Shown: positions 50,901 to 59,631 of the stretch, piece by piece | Layout of the letters: each line of letters starts with the position of its first letter | Position numbering within the stretch: position 1 is the stretch's first letter | Assembly (NCBI GenBank): GCA_045545235.1 | Contig: JAZQAN010000017.1 | Location: forward strand, 1,200-65,199 | Reading direction: 5' to 3' | Length of the DNA: 64,000 nt | From: Clostridia bacterium | Lineage (GTDB): Bacteria > Bacillota > Clostridia > Monoglobales > Firm-18 | Notes under the pieces: model-generated | What the model saw: the letters and a program-made list of their open reading frames with translations, nothing else | Databases searched by the model: none | What the model was told of the DNA's origin: nothing | Made by a program: the position numbers and the translations under genes

Positions 50901-52516
50901 GCCTTTACTTCAACAGGACCTTCCAAAACATAGTTGCCGTCTACTTCTGTACCGTCTACAAACCAACCATCAAACAAGTAACCATCTCTATCAATTACAG
51001 GTAACAACGCAGAAATTTTCTGACCGTATACAGCAGTTACCGGAGGGATGGTGCCTGTGTATCCGTTACCGTTAAAAGTGATTGTATAAACTTCTCTGTC
51101 AAAATATACTTGCAACAAAAGATTGTTGTTTGCAGCAATTTTACCTGTTTTTATACTCTTTGCGTCATTGATTTTAAAGCCTTTATACACTTTATCATCA
51201 GCAGTTACATCTGCTTCAAACAACGCTTTTCTTATATACGTATCTTCTATAACTTCGTCGTACTTTGCAGGATTATCTATATTCTGCTGATAATACTTGA
51301 CTGTATAGTCATATTGATTTCTTGTGTAATAAACCTTAAGTACAAGTTCCTTATTTGCTTCAGCCTTACCGCTTGTTTTATTATTTGCATTTGTCGGGTC
51401 ATATGTAAAACCTTCAATAACCTTAATGTCTGCGTTTACATCTGTACCAACATCAACCTTTTCGCTAGGTGTTGAAGAATGCAGTTCATAACCGGATAAA
51501 TCCAGTTTCTGCACATAATAATCAACTTTATAAGTGGTAGTAGTTGGCTTGGTTGTGCCACCTGAAGAGAATGAACCTTTACTCTCTTTGAAAGTAGCAT
51601 GAGTATTAAGTACAATTCCGTCAAACACTTTTTCATTTCTGTAATTATCAAAGTGAACAACAGTATTATAGTTGTTAACAACAACCATTTCACCGACTTT
51701 TGTCTGTACCAATTCAACTCTGTTGGCACCACGAACTAAAAGCCGGCCCTTAATGTTAACCTTTTCAAGACGTATTGTACCCTTTGCATTACCGTCACCA
51801 ATTACAAGGTCGCCTTCTACATTCATATTTTTTAACGTAACGTCACCAACATTAATCATTGTGTTTCTTATGTTGGTTTTATCATTATATGTATCAGCTT
51901 TGGAATAATAATTTCTGAATATATTATGCATAAGCTGAGCAAATTCCGCACGTGTTATATTGCTTTTAGGATTAACACGACCTGTAGTATCACCGTTTAC
52001 ATATGACTTTTCAGTCATTATGCTCAAGTAATCCTTTGCCCAACTGCTTATGTCGTCTGCATCCTTGAATTTATTCAGCGAAGAGTAGTCAGAGCTTTTC
52101 AAAACCAAAGCTCTCGCTACAACTGCAAATACTTCTTCTCTGGTGATATAATCATCCGGACGCATATTTCCGCTTCCGTCACCTTCGAATACTCTCATTT
52201 GCACTGCTTTGGAAAATTCATCATAATACCAGGCAGATGGTTTAAGATCGTTAAACCCACTTATATCCGCCTTTATAGTCGCACCAAAAGCACGTACCAT
52301 AAGCGCAGCCATTTCTGCACGGGTAAGATTATCTTCGCTATGAATTTTTCCGTCTTCCTTTCCACGGAGCAAACCATTGCTTATTGCGGCATCAATCGCT
52401 TCATTAGCCCAATACCCTTTATCCGGATATTCGTAAGCGTTTACGGTTAATGCCATTGAAGACATCATAGCAACCATCACCATAATGGATACTATTCTCA
52501 TAACCAATTTTCTCAT
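44987..52516 (-). CDS. giant (~2500 aa) SLH surface protein with repeat stalk and acidic helical C-terminal region
   Basis: Signal peptide; 3 SLH (LTRAE, ITREE, ITRAE); beta-rich domain; 11 YxVxYY...LxLKVYY repeats; 5-6 InlB-B-type repeats; ~900-aa helical tail. Start at 52516 or 52525. Confidence 0.87.
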   Translation of the reverse strand: MRKLVMRIVSIMVMVAMMSSMALTVNAYEYPDKGYWANEAIDAAISNGLLRGKEDGKIHSEDNLTRAEMAALMVRAFGATIKADISGFNDLKPSAWYYDEFSKAVQMRVFEGDGSGNMRPDDYITREEVFAVVARALVLKSSDYSSLNKFKDADDISSWAKDYLSIMTEKSYVNGDTTGRVNPKSNITRAEFAQLMHNIFRNYYSKADTYNDKTNIRNTMINVGDVTLKNMNVEGDLVIGDGNAKGTIRLEKVNIKGRLLVRGANRVELVQTKVGEMVVVNNYNTVVHFDNYRNEKVFDGIVLNTHATFKESKGSFSSGGTTKPTTTTYKVDYYVQKLDLSGYELHSSTPSEKVDVGTDVNADIKVIEGFTYDPTNANNKTSGKAEANKELVLKVYYTRNQYDYTVKYYQQNIDNPAKYDEVIEDTYIRKALFEADVTADDKVYKGFKINDAKSIKTGKIAANNNLLLQVYFDREVYTITFNGNGYTGTIPPVTAVYGQKISALLPVIDRDGYLFDGWFVDGTEVDGNYVLEGPVEVKAAWTELAPTEAKYKVEYYVQDSSNLEKYIKYDEEQFKGTIGETVNADTTRVIEHYTYDNSNAGNKISGKVSADGSLVLKVYYNIKKYDYSVTYYTENTDGTYKENTQVLNDVYGKEVSVVPVIPTGFELNSSKSTLSGTVDGNGNPKLKVYFDRKVLEYDIIYRTEKNDGSYEEKTDTKSAKYGTEVDVDYSVPAGFELGSASVVSGTVPATGKLVLKVYYVRKAYTYTVKIYEQNVNDLTVYNEISSTSYSEKFGKTVSVTPADKTGFDVNTTKSVLSGNVNENNSLVLAVYYDREVYTITFDGNGYTGTIPSVTVAYGQSISTKLPSIERDGYVFDGWFVNGTEVDGSYTVTGPVELNAEWTKLAPTEAIYRVEYYIENASGSEPYTKYDEKQFKGTVGVTVTADTTRVIPGYTYNASHSGNILSGTVSTSGTLVLKVYYDIASYNYKVTYYTENTDGTYTENTETLSGKFGEYVSASTVVPTGFELGANSILGGYVNAEGTLELKVYYNRKVYDYKVIYYTEAVDGSGYAERYETKSGKYGVEVSVTPNPDYGFVTDTVNSVLSGVVNENGNLVLEVYYDRASYTIKFVAGQGLANPKDIVVYYNRPVDLPVLSKLDYEFKGWTDGTNVYSVGANAAFESDATLTAIWEYVPGQITYTVEYYVQNTDLVTYTMTSQPFNGAVGSTVTVTPEDKTGFDVNSVESILSGKVDRDNPLVLKVYYDREAYTISFDAGEGVTNPADITAYYGVEVTLPNVAKDDYTFAGWSDGTYVYVNTATFTADTKLNAEWNYTPGQIAYKVEYYTQNTDLTTYSVTTEVFNATSGTTVSVTPDEKTGFDINTANSVLSGTASSGLVLKVYYDREAYTISFDAGEGVTNPADVTAYYGVEISLPSVSKEGFKFDGWSDGTNTLYGKATFTKDTDLVALWTELIDYVTVTFFDRGSKITSVDVEKNTTVAESQFPTDSASYTGYVKDGNVADVYAAEPFEHVIKYGWWYNADSDKWEEFTSETIVTKNTDVHLKINKFSAVVTMADGMAFDFYAYYEPETRFIDSIKDIVYKKAPLMALHQLDHLDKIREKGIVQKILDTDDNIMMLSYMVKFATILGEENVEKFIVDNAKGMFASGNNELLHDAFVEYIIAVANSDNPDEKKKVHDLMESTINHIFEEDEISTETLDIIRDLCHEVLNDPETFKEVTGYELATLPSDTKTFVIDFIILQLTGNDELFEQLVEEVIGVDYTDATTTKDLIIAMAKKELTDNFNSTIDGIKESQKNLIVATVESMLSDSSNALYDEVLTYAVDNEKATIIATIKTLLETEDSLYNEVIAMVADDFNYRAMVAEAVGVELAVNDALFEVLTGYAPSIVPDRAAAINTLKDEITNNKSSFETAITDAENAGYKSFIIDSVVSKLETNDVFFNTVFAEAKVDYRDTMVDTIVDKLEEPSSPMYDKVIELAKTNAYKQTIKDAVIDEMNGVNGDDIIKAITGCTDAELAKNPQDKDGFIMGKVEEKLDDESYLITLVKEVTGFESYTLPATPKEFIIDMVIAELSNTGSTSATRDMIIEEAITYLLEAKDEDEISHLADYAIDYLGKHPDERDVLVDEIINDVYKDELDKLVYQLINDEQFEVHADTVFVAEGLKKVLLEDYNYETIFGSKVPEKLEKVFEIYPEEKLIELYDYAMNNLIAQIDTAIADAIAGEVGYIDCGITPVVNIIADVYIPLYESYKKIVEGPVDDKIGDNFYYAENIYLQELMKLLDPEIWVQGSANPKPSDTTGYKIYDLDYYYDLMYKIYVLGDDAILWYYNNISEEKYIEVTEKYEELILKYVNIIADKIDLYVMEGEIPKVNEKVDDKISAVEKAIVEKYPELVKGLIDKYKGSDFFNKDYTDVDYDKVRDKVYEIFVRTLNLKTDEYFDLILSQEAIEDLENKVEDKIEDKLDGKLDGEYYTKIDDNTFEFEVNDYKVLFKRVLTDA

Positions 52517-52546
52517 GCCATTCATCCCTCCAATTTATGTTAAAAA

Positions 52547-53551
52547 CTAAAATTGACTCATATAATAAGATATTGCCTTTGATTTTTCGTTTTCATACGA
52601 CGCTTTTATTTCATTCACAATAGAAACACTCTGATTCGTTTCTTTAAGAAGAATTTTTACCTTGCTTAAAATTTCATTAACCTTTACATCACATGCATCT
52701 TCAAGCGCCAATGCCTTTTCATATGCTCTTTTTCCAACCTTTGTCTTAGCACTTGACGGAATATTTTCCGGACCGCCATATTCTTCACAAAAAATCCTAT
52801 ACTGTGAATTTACCCAATCCTCAATAGCAGAAAGATCGGCAGAAAACTGACTTTTCAAAACATACAATTCACCTATCAACCGTGAAATTTCTTCGTTTTT
52901 TTCCTTATATTCCGGAGTTTGTTCTTCTTTTTTCTCATCATTCACCTGAGGTTGTTGTTCATCCTTAGTCTGTGTTGTCTTTTTACTATTATCATCCTTA
53001 GACTGATTTATCTTTTTGCCATCGTTATTCTTAGACTGAGATACTTTTTCATTAGTACCCTCGTTTTTTGTTTGGTTTGTTTTTTTATTTTCTTCAGAAG
53101 ATTGTTCTGTTTTATTCTTATCAGTCGTTATAGCTTCACCATCTTCTGTCACTTCATATTCTTTACTACTATTGTTAGTTTCAGTTTTTTCAGAAGACAC
53201 CATTTCATTATTTCCTTCAGTTGAACCCGACTCGCTATCTGAAGAAGTTTCCTCAGTGCGACCCAAAATAATATTAATCGCATCTTCTTCAGAAATTTCT
53301 CCCTTGCTGAGTTTATCGCTTTCTTCTTCAGTAAGTGGGCGTATACCATCTATACCAATATCTTTTATGGTTTCTTTAAGTTTTTCTTCATCTCTTGCAT
53401 ATTTCTGTTCAAGCTCGTCGCTTCTGCCTGTCAAAACATAATACATTGTGTGTATTTTGTTCCAATTTTTCACAACAAAAACACTTGCAACAGAAATAAT
53501 TATTGCCACTATAACTAAAACAACCAATAAAATTATACTCTTCTTTTTCAT
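52547..53551 (-). CDS. membrane-anchored hypothetical protein with low-complexity linker and helical C-terminal domain
   Basis: KKK plus TM N-terminus, E/K/N/S/T-rich middle region, C-terminal ELYVLKSQF...CDVKV...YENEK...YY. Confidence 0.8.
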   Translation of the reverse strand: MKKKSIILLVVLVIVAIIISVASVFVVKNWNKIHTMYYVLTGRSDELEQKYARDEEKLKETIKDIGIDGIRPLTEEESDKLSKGEISEEDAINIILGRTEETSSDSESGSTEGNNEMVSSEKTETNNSSKEYEVTEDGEAITTDKNKTEQSSEENKKTNQTKNEGTNEKVSQSKNNDGKKINQSKDDNSKKTTQTKDEQQPQVNDEKKEEQTPEYKEKNEEISRLIGELYVLKSQFSADLSAIEDWVNSQYRIFCEEYGGPENIPSSAKTKVGKRAYEKALALEDACDVKVNEILSKVKILLKETNQSVSIVNEIKASYENEKSKAISYYMSQF

Positions 53552-53597
53552 ATCATACCTCTTGAACAACAAACCCAATAAAAACGTTATTGAGATT

Positions 53598-54854
53598 TTA
53601 TTTTTTTGTTGAGATTTTTTTCTTATCTGCAGCTGTCATTCTCGGTAATTTGCCTTCAACAATACTTTCTTCCGTTATGGTAACCTTTTGGATTTTCTGA
53701 TTGGACGGAATTTCAAACATTATATCTGTCATAGTTTCTTCCAATATAGAACGCAAACCTCTTGCACCGGTCTTTAAATCTATAGCCTTTTTAGCTACAG
53801 CCTTAAGTGCATCTTCAGTAAATTCCAATTCTACCTCATCAAGACCTAACAGTTTTTTGTATTGTTTTACAAGGGCATTTTTGGGTTTCGTAAGAATTGA
53901 AATCAGTGCTTCTTCATCTAATGTTTCCAAAGTAGCAACAACCGGAACACGACCTATAAATTCAGGAATTATACCAAATTTAATCAAATCCTGCGGTCTT
54001 ACTTCCTTGAAAATTTCACCAACATCCTTATTTTTAGCACTTTCTACAGTAGCACCAAATCCCAATGATTTCTTACCAATACGGCTTCCTATTATTTTTT
54101 CAAGCCCATCAAAAGCCCCACCGCATATAAATAAAATATTTGTAGTATCTATTGGTATAAGCTCCTGCTGAGGGTGTTTTCTTCCTCCCTGAGGTGGAAC
54201 CGATGCAACAGTACCTTCTAAAATTTTAAGAAGTGCCTGCTGTACTCCTTCACCACTTACATCGCGTGTAATAGATACATTTTCTGCCTTACGGGTAATT
54301 TTATCAATTTCATCAATATAAATAATACCTTTTTCAGCTCTTTTTATATCATAATCTGCCGCCTGAATAAGCTTTAGCAGAATGTTTTCAACGTCTTCAC
54401 CTACATAACCGGCTTCAGTAAGTGCTGTAGCATCGGCAATCGCAAAAGGAACATCAAGTATTTTCGCAAGAGTCTGTGCCAGCAATGTTTTTCCCGAGCC
54501 TGTAGGGCCAAGCATCAAAATATTGCTTTTTTGTATTTCTACACCATCTTCATCAATGCCATTTGCATTAATTCTTTTATAATGATTATAAACCGCTACG
54601 GCAAGCTGTTTTTTTGCATAGTCCTGCCCTATTATATAATCGTCAAGTATTTCCTTTATTTCCTTAGGTTTTGGAACATTCAAAAATTTAGGTTCTTCAC
54701 TTACAATTTTATCATCAAATTCGTTTTCTATAATGCTTATACAAGCTTTGATACAATCACTGCATATAGCCACGTCAGGCCCAACAATCAACTGATTGCT
54801 GGGCTTGCCGCAAAACGAACATCTTGATAAACTATTTTCATTCATATTTAACAA
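53598..54854 (-). CDS. clpX: ATP-dependent Clp protease ATP-binding subunit
   Basis: CSFC...[33 protein letters not shown] and LGF loop motifs. Confidence 0.98.
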   Translation of the reverse strand: MLNMNENSLSRCSFCGKPSNQLIVGPDVAICSDCIKACISIIENEFDDKIVSEEPKFLNVPKPKEIKEILDDYIIGQDYAKKQLAVAVYNHYKRINANGIDEDGVEIQKSNILMLGPTGSGKTLLAQTLAKILDVPFAIADATALTEAGYVGEDVENILLKLIQAADYDIKRAEKGIIYIDEIDKITRKAENVSITRDVSGEGVQQALLKILEGTVASVPPQGGRKHPQQELIPIDTTNILFICGGAFDGLEKIIGSRIGKKSLGFGATVESAKNKDVGEIFKEVRPQDLIKFGIIPEFIGRVPVVATLETLDEEALISILTKPKNALVKQYKKLLGLDEVELEFTEDALKAVAKKAIDLKTGARGLRSILEETMTDIMFEIPSNQKIQKVTITEESIVEGKLPRMTAADKKKISTKK

Positions 54855-54871
54855 ATGCCTCCGAGTAATAT

Positions 54872-55456
54872 TTATGGTCTGCTTGTAATAACCTTATCTA
54901 TCAGTCCATACTGTGCAGCTTCATCTGCTGACATAAAGTTATCTCTTTCAGTATCACGGATGATTTCATCAAGAGGTCTTCCTGTATTTTTAGCAAGAAT
55001 TTCATTTAAATTCTGCTTTATTCTGATAATTCTGTCTGCATGGATTTTTATATCAGTAGCCTGTCCCTGCATTCCTCCAAGAGGCTGATGAATCATTATT
55101 TCACTATTTGGAAGTGCATATCTCTTACCTTTTGCACCTGATGACAACAAAAATGCACCCATACTTGCCGCCATACCCATACAAATTGTTGAAACATCAC
55201 ATTTAATATACTGCATAGTATCATAAATTGCCATACCTGCTGTTATGCTGCCACCGGGGCTGTTAATGTAAAGGCTGATATCCTTATCTGGGTCTTCAGC
55301 TTCCAGAAACAACAACTGTGCAACAACCAACCCTGCACTTACATCATTAACCTCTTCGCCCAAAATGATGATTCTGTCCTTTAACAGTCGGGAATATATG
55401 TCGTATGCCCTTTCTCCTCTGTTTGTCTGTTCAATTACTGTTGGTACCAAGCTCAT
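54872..55456 (-). CDS. clpP: ATP-dependent Clp protease proteolytic subunit
   Basis: [20 protein letters not shown] and MIHQP motifs. Confidence 0.99.
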   Translation of the reverse strand: MSLVPTVIEQTNRGERAYDIYSRLLKDRIIILGEEVNDVSAGLVVAQLLFLEAEDPDKDISLYINSPGGSITAGMAIYDTMQYIKCDVSTICMGMAASMGAFLLSSGAKGKRYALPNSEIMIHQPLGGMQGQATDIKIHADRIIRIKQNLNEILAKNTGRPLDEIIRDTERDNFMSADEAAQYGLIDKVITSRP

Positions 55457-55480
55457 TATGATTCCCCCTTGCGGTATAAT

Positions 55481-56752
55481 TTACTTAGACTGCTCAACTA
55501 TCATTTCAACAACTTTTCTGTTGATGATTCCGTCTTTGATATCGTCTTCGTGGATGAATTTCTTAATATCTTCTGCCTTCATCTGATAGTTTTCTGCAAT
55601 CTTGTTGTATTCTGCTTCTATATCTTCTGCAGATGCTTCAATCTTCTCAGCCTTTGCAATTGCTTCTAAAGTCAAAGAAACTTTAACCTGCTTTGTAGCA
55701 TGTTCTTTAAACTGTTCTTTGAATGAATCAGCTGTCATACCTGTCATCTGGAAATACTGCTGAAGATTAATGCCCTGACCCTGAAGTCTTGCATCGTAAT
55801 CTCTAAGCATATTTTCAAGCTGATGGTTAATCATACATTCAGGAATTTCAACTTCTGTCTTTTCAGCAACAGCTTCAATAGCTTTATCTTCTGTTTCTGC
55901 CTTTGCTCTGTCAGCATTGTTCTTTTCAAGTTTAGCCTTTGTATCATTCTTAAGTTCTTCAAATGTATCAAATTCAGAAACATCTTTTGCAAACTCATCA
56001 TCAAGTGCAGGAAGTTCCTTCTTTTTAATAGCATTGATTTTAACTTTAAATTCTACTGCTGCACCCTTAAGGTCTTCAGCATGATAATCTTCAGGGAAAG
56101 TCACATTTACAGTAACATCATCACCCTTGTTTGCACCGATAAGCTGATCTTCAAAGCCAGGAATAAACTGACCTGAACCTATTGTAAGTTCAAAATCTTT
56201 ACCTTCGCCACCTGCAAAAGCTACTCCATCCTTAAAGCCTTCAAAATCTATAACAGCGATATCGTCTTTTTCAACAGCTCTGTCTTCAACTTCAACAACT
56301 CTTGAGTTTCTTTCCTGAAGTCTGGAAATTTCTGCATCTACATCTTCATCGCTTACATTATACTCAACTTTTTCAACTTTAATACCCTTGTATTTACCAA
56401 GTTTCACTTCAGGCTTTACAGTAACCTTAACTGAAAGTGTTGTATTTTCATCCTTTTTAATTTCTGATACATCAGTAATTTCAGGCTGATCTACTACTTC
56501 AAGTTCAAGTTCTTTAACTGCTTCTTCATACACTTCGCCGAATACAAAGTTAAGCGCATCTTCATAAAAAATTTCTGCACCGTACATTTTTTCAACCATA
56601 GCACGAGGCGCTTTACCTTTTCTGAAGCCAGGAACATTTATGTACTTTACATTTTTGTTATAAGACTTTTTCATTCCTTCTTCAAACTTTTCCGGAGTAA
56701 TATCTAATTTAAACTCCGCTACGCTATTTTCAATCTTTTCCAATTTTGCCAT
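55481..56752 (-). CDS. tig: trigger factor
   Basis: PGFRKGKAP and FIPGFEDQL motifs; upstream of clpP. Confidence 0.98.
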   Translation of the reverse strand: MAKLEKIENSVAEFKLDITPEKFEEGMKKSYNKNVKYINVPGFRKGKAPRAMVEKMYGAEIFYEDALNFVFGEVYEEAVKELELEVVDQPEITDVSEIKKDENTTLSVKVTVKPEVKLGKYKGIKVEKVEYNVSDEDVDAEISRLQERNSRVVEVEDRAVEKDDIAVIDFEGFKDGVAFAGGEGKDFELTIGSGQFIPGFEDQLIGANKGDDVTVNVTFPEDYHAEDLKGAAVEFKVKINAIKKKELPALDDEFAKDVSEFDTFEELKNDTKAKLEKNNADRAKAETEDKAIEAVAEKTEVEIPECMINHQLENMLRDYDARLQGQGINLQQYFQMTGMTADSFKEQFKEHATKQVKVSLTLEAIAKAEKIEASAEDIEAEYNKIAENYQMKAEDIKKFIHEDDIKDGIINRKVVEMIVEQSK

Positions 56753-56811
56753 TTTAAATTTGCTCCTTCCAAATTCTTATCTAGTTATTATAACATATTT
56801 TTTTATTTTTT

Positions 56812-57489
56812 TCAAGTGATAATTTTATAAGGTAAAAATTCAAGATAGTCACAGGAAACAAGCCTGTATTCTATGCCGTTTTCCTCATAGTTTTCATACC
56901 CTGTAAAACCTGCTCCGTGAAGATGTCCGAAAAGGCACATTTTAACCTTGTAGTTTTCCATAAGCTGCTTGAATTTATCGTCAGGCGGATAATGCAAAAC
57001 TGCAATTATATTTTCAGGTTCTTCTTTCAATGCAGAATCAAAAGATATTTTCAATCGTTCAAGCTCGCGGTTATGAACTTTCAAATCATCTTCATCACTG
57101 CTTGTAAGCTGCCATCCTCTTGTCCCGCATATTGCCGTACCTTCATACATAAAATGATTATTATGCAAAAACTTTATTGTATCAAAGCCATTTTGCTTAC
57201 ACCATTTTTCATGCTTACTCATAGTGGACCACCAGTAATCATGATTTCCCTTTGAAATAAGCTTTGTTCCGTTTAAGCTGTTTATAAAGCTGAAATCTTC
57301 AAAGGTCTCTTCAAGATATGTTGCCCATGAATTATCTCCGTTTACAATAACAACATCAGTTTCTGCCACAGTGCTATTCCAGTTTGTTTTCAGTTTTTCT
57401 TCATAATTTTGCCATTTTTTACCGAATACATCCATCGGTTTATCTGTACCAAAGGAAAGATGCAAATCGGAAATAGAAAACAATGCCAT
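56812..57489 (-). CDS. calcineurin-like metallophosphoesterase
   Basis: SDLH, GD, GNHD, HYPP and GHLH motifs. Confidence 0.92.
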   Translation of the reverse strand: MALFSISDLHLSFGTDKPMDVFGKKWQNYEEKLKTNWNSTVAETDVVIVNGDNSWATYLEETFEDFSFINSLNGTKLISKGNHDYWWSTMSKHEKWCKQNGFDTIKFLHNNHFMYEGTAICGTRGWQLTSSDEDDLKVHNRELERLKISFDSALKEEPENIIAVLHYPPDDKFKQLMENYKVKMCLFGHLHGAGFTGYENYEENGIEYRLVSCDYLEFLPYKIIT

Positions 57490-57501
57490 AAATTCACCCT
57501 T

Positions 57502-57530
57502 GTATATTTTTTTGAAAGCTGATAATAATA
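57502..57530 (+). promoter_or_regulatory. possible forespore (sigma-F/G-type) promoter
   Basis: GTATA-14 nt-GATAATAATA, the same geometry as the spoIIQ-like promoter. Confidence 0.45.
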
Positions 57531-57553
57531 TTGTTGAAGGGAGATGTTATTTT

Positions 57554-57727
57554 ATGCAAAACAACTGCAATTCAAACAACAAAAACGAAATCTGCGGAAT
57601 TTGCTGTCATGTAACAGACTGTGTATACAATGACGACAAAAAATGTATGGCAGGTCACATTAATGTAGGACCAAGCAATGCCACAACAACATCCGAAACA
57701 GACTGCGAAACTTTCAAAGCAAGATAA
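57554..57727 (+). CDS. DUF1540-like small Cys-rich protein
   Basis: CxVxxCxYN...CxAxxIxVG...TDCETF pattern; AAGGGAG RBS. Confidence 0.85.
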   Translation: MQNNCNSNNKNEICGICCHVTDCVYNDDKKCMAGHINVGPSNATTTSETDCETFKAR

Positions 57728-57747
57728 TTTATCAGGTTGTTGAGGTT

Positions 57748-59250
57748 TTAAAGCCCCAACAGCTTGTTACATATAAATTCTTTAAGTTTATCCTTTTCAA
57801 CAGAATCCGTAAATCTCGGATTTTTTGTTCTAAGATCATCCAACGACTTTGGTATGTCAAGAGATGTCTTTTCGTGAAGACAATCAAGAAGTTCAAACTC
57901 AGTTTTTCCATCCAGAATACCTTCGCCCTCAAGTGCAGTCAATACAGCGTTGTTAAACTTGTATGGACTAGCAGTTGAAAGAATAACGGATTTTGTCATA
58001 TCACCGGTTTCAAAAAGATACTGGTCATATACGTTTTTACCAACTGCAGTATGAGTATCCATTATGTAACCATAATTTTCAAATGTATCCTTTATTGTAA
58101 GAAGGGTATCGCCGTCATCACAGCAACCTCCCCACAGTATTTCTGAAATTCTTGATTTCATCAAATCGCTTACTTCATACTTACCTTCAGCAGCAAGAGT
58201 TTCCATATAAGCTTTTACTGCTTCACAGTCATTTTCTGCAACATCATACAAAAATCTTTCAAGGTTACTTGAAATAAGTATATCCATTGAAGGTGATGCA
58301 GTTACACGAAAATCTCTGTTTTTATTATACACGCCTGTACGTATGAAATCGGTTAAAACATTGTTTTCATTTGACGCACATATAAGCTTGTTAACAGGAA
58401 GCCCCATCTTCTTTGCATAATATCCTGCGAGAATGTCACCAAAGTTACCTGTAGGAACAACAAAATTAACTTTATCTCCAAGGCTTATTTCCCTGGCTTT
58501 CAGCATATCACAGTATGCCGAGAAATAATAAACGATCTGCGGAAGCAATCTACCCCAGTTAATTGAGTTTGCAGAAGAAAGCATATATCCTTTTTCGTCA
58601 AGATATTTTTTGAATTCCTCATCTGTAAAAATCTTTTTAACTCCGCTTTGGGCGTCATCAAAATTGCCAAGTATTCCACCAACGGAAACGTTGTTACCTT
58701 CCTGAGTAATCATCTGCAAACGCTGAATGTCGGAAACACCGTCATTAGGATAGAACACAGCAATCTTTGTACCTTCAACATCCTTAAACCCTTCCAATGC
58801 AGCTTTACCAGTATCACCGGATGTTGCAACAAGAATTACAACTGTTCTGTCATCCTTTGTTTTCTTTACCGCCTTTGTCAGAAAGTGTGGTAAAATCTGC
58901 AACGCCACATCTTTAAACGCACAGGTTACTCCATGCCACAATTCGAGAAAATAAACATTGTTATTAAGCTTATAAACAGGAGTAATGCTTCCCGAACCAA
59001 ATTTTTCTTTGTTATACGCAGCATTAACACATTCCGAAATTTCTTCTGCTGAAAAATCAGTAAGATATTTACCAATAATATTCTCAGCACGTTGTACATA
59101 TGTACAATCCTTCATACTGTCAATTTCATGTATTGAAATTTCAGGAAATATGTCAGGTACAAAAAGACCTCCATCCGGTGCAAGACCTGTTTTTATAGCA
59201 TATGAACTTTCACATCCGTAGTTCTTGCTTCTTGTGCTGTTATAATTCAT
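57748..59250 (-). CDS. thrC: threonine synthase
   Basis: YNSTR, GLAPDGGLFVP, AFKD, ATSGDTG, NSINWGR, VPTGNFG and SPSMDI motifs. Confidence 0.96.
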   Translation of the reverse strand: MNYNSTRSKNYGCESSYAIKTGLAPDGGLFVPDIFPEISIHEIDSMKDCTYVQRAENIIGKYLTDFSAEEISECVNAAYNKEKFGSGSITPVYKLNNNVYFLELWHGVTCAFKDVALQILPHFLTKAVKKTKDDRTVVILVATSGDTGKAALEGFKDVEGTKIAVFYPNDGVSDIQRLQMITQEGNNVSVGGILGNFDDAQSGVKKIFTDEEFKKYLDEKGYMLSSANSINWGRLLPQIVYYFSAYCDMLKAREISLGDKVNFVVPTGNFGDILAGYYAKKMGLPVNKLICASNENNVLTDFIRTGVYNKNRDFRVTASPSMDILISSNLERFLYDVAENDCEAVKAYMETLAAEGKYEVSDLMKSRISEILWGGCCDDGDTLLTIKDTFENYGYIMDTHTAVGKNVYDQYLFETGDMTKSVILSTASPYKFNNAVLTALEGEGILDGKTEFELLDCLHEKTSLDIPKSLDDLRTKNPRFTDSVEKDKLKEFICNKLLGL

Positions 59251-59568
59251 CAATCCACCGCCTTTAAACACAATAATGCTAACATATATAATACTACAAA
59301 ATTTATAGTTTGTAAAGTAAAATTACACTTTTGCAATTTTATCGTTAAAATTACCAACAATATTGCAACTTTTTAGGTAAAAATGGTTATAAAATCTTAT
59401 TTAAATGCTACATACATTTTTAATATTCTCCCCCCCTTTTTTTGACAAAAATCCAAATTATTTTTCATTTAAAGCTGTCCAATTCGATAAAAATTGTTAT
59501 TTTTGTATTTTTTGTGAAAAAAGCAAATAAAATTTTTCATTTTATACTTATTTTTGTACTTATAGCCA

Positions 59569-59597
59569 TTGACTTAACGCTTTTTTTTATTTATAAT
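59569..59597 (+). promoter_or_regulatory. sigma-A promoter of citrate synthase
   Basis: TTGACT-17 nt-TATAAT. Confidence 0.75.
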
Positions 59598-59631
59598 ATA
59601 GTTAGCATAGACTAGAATGAGGTGTTATATT

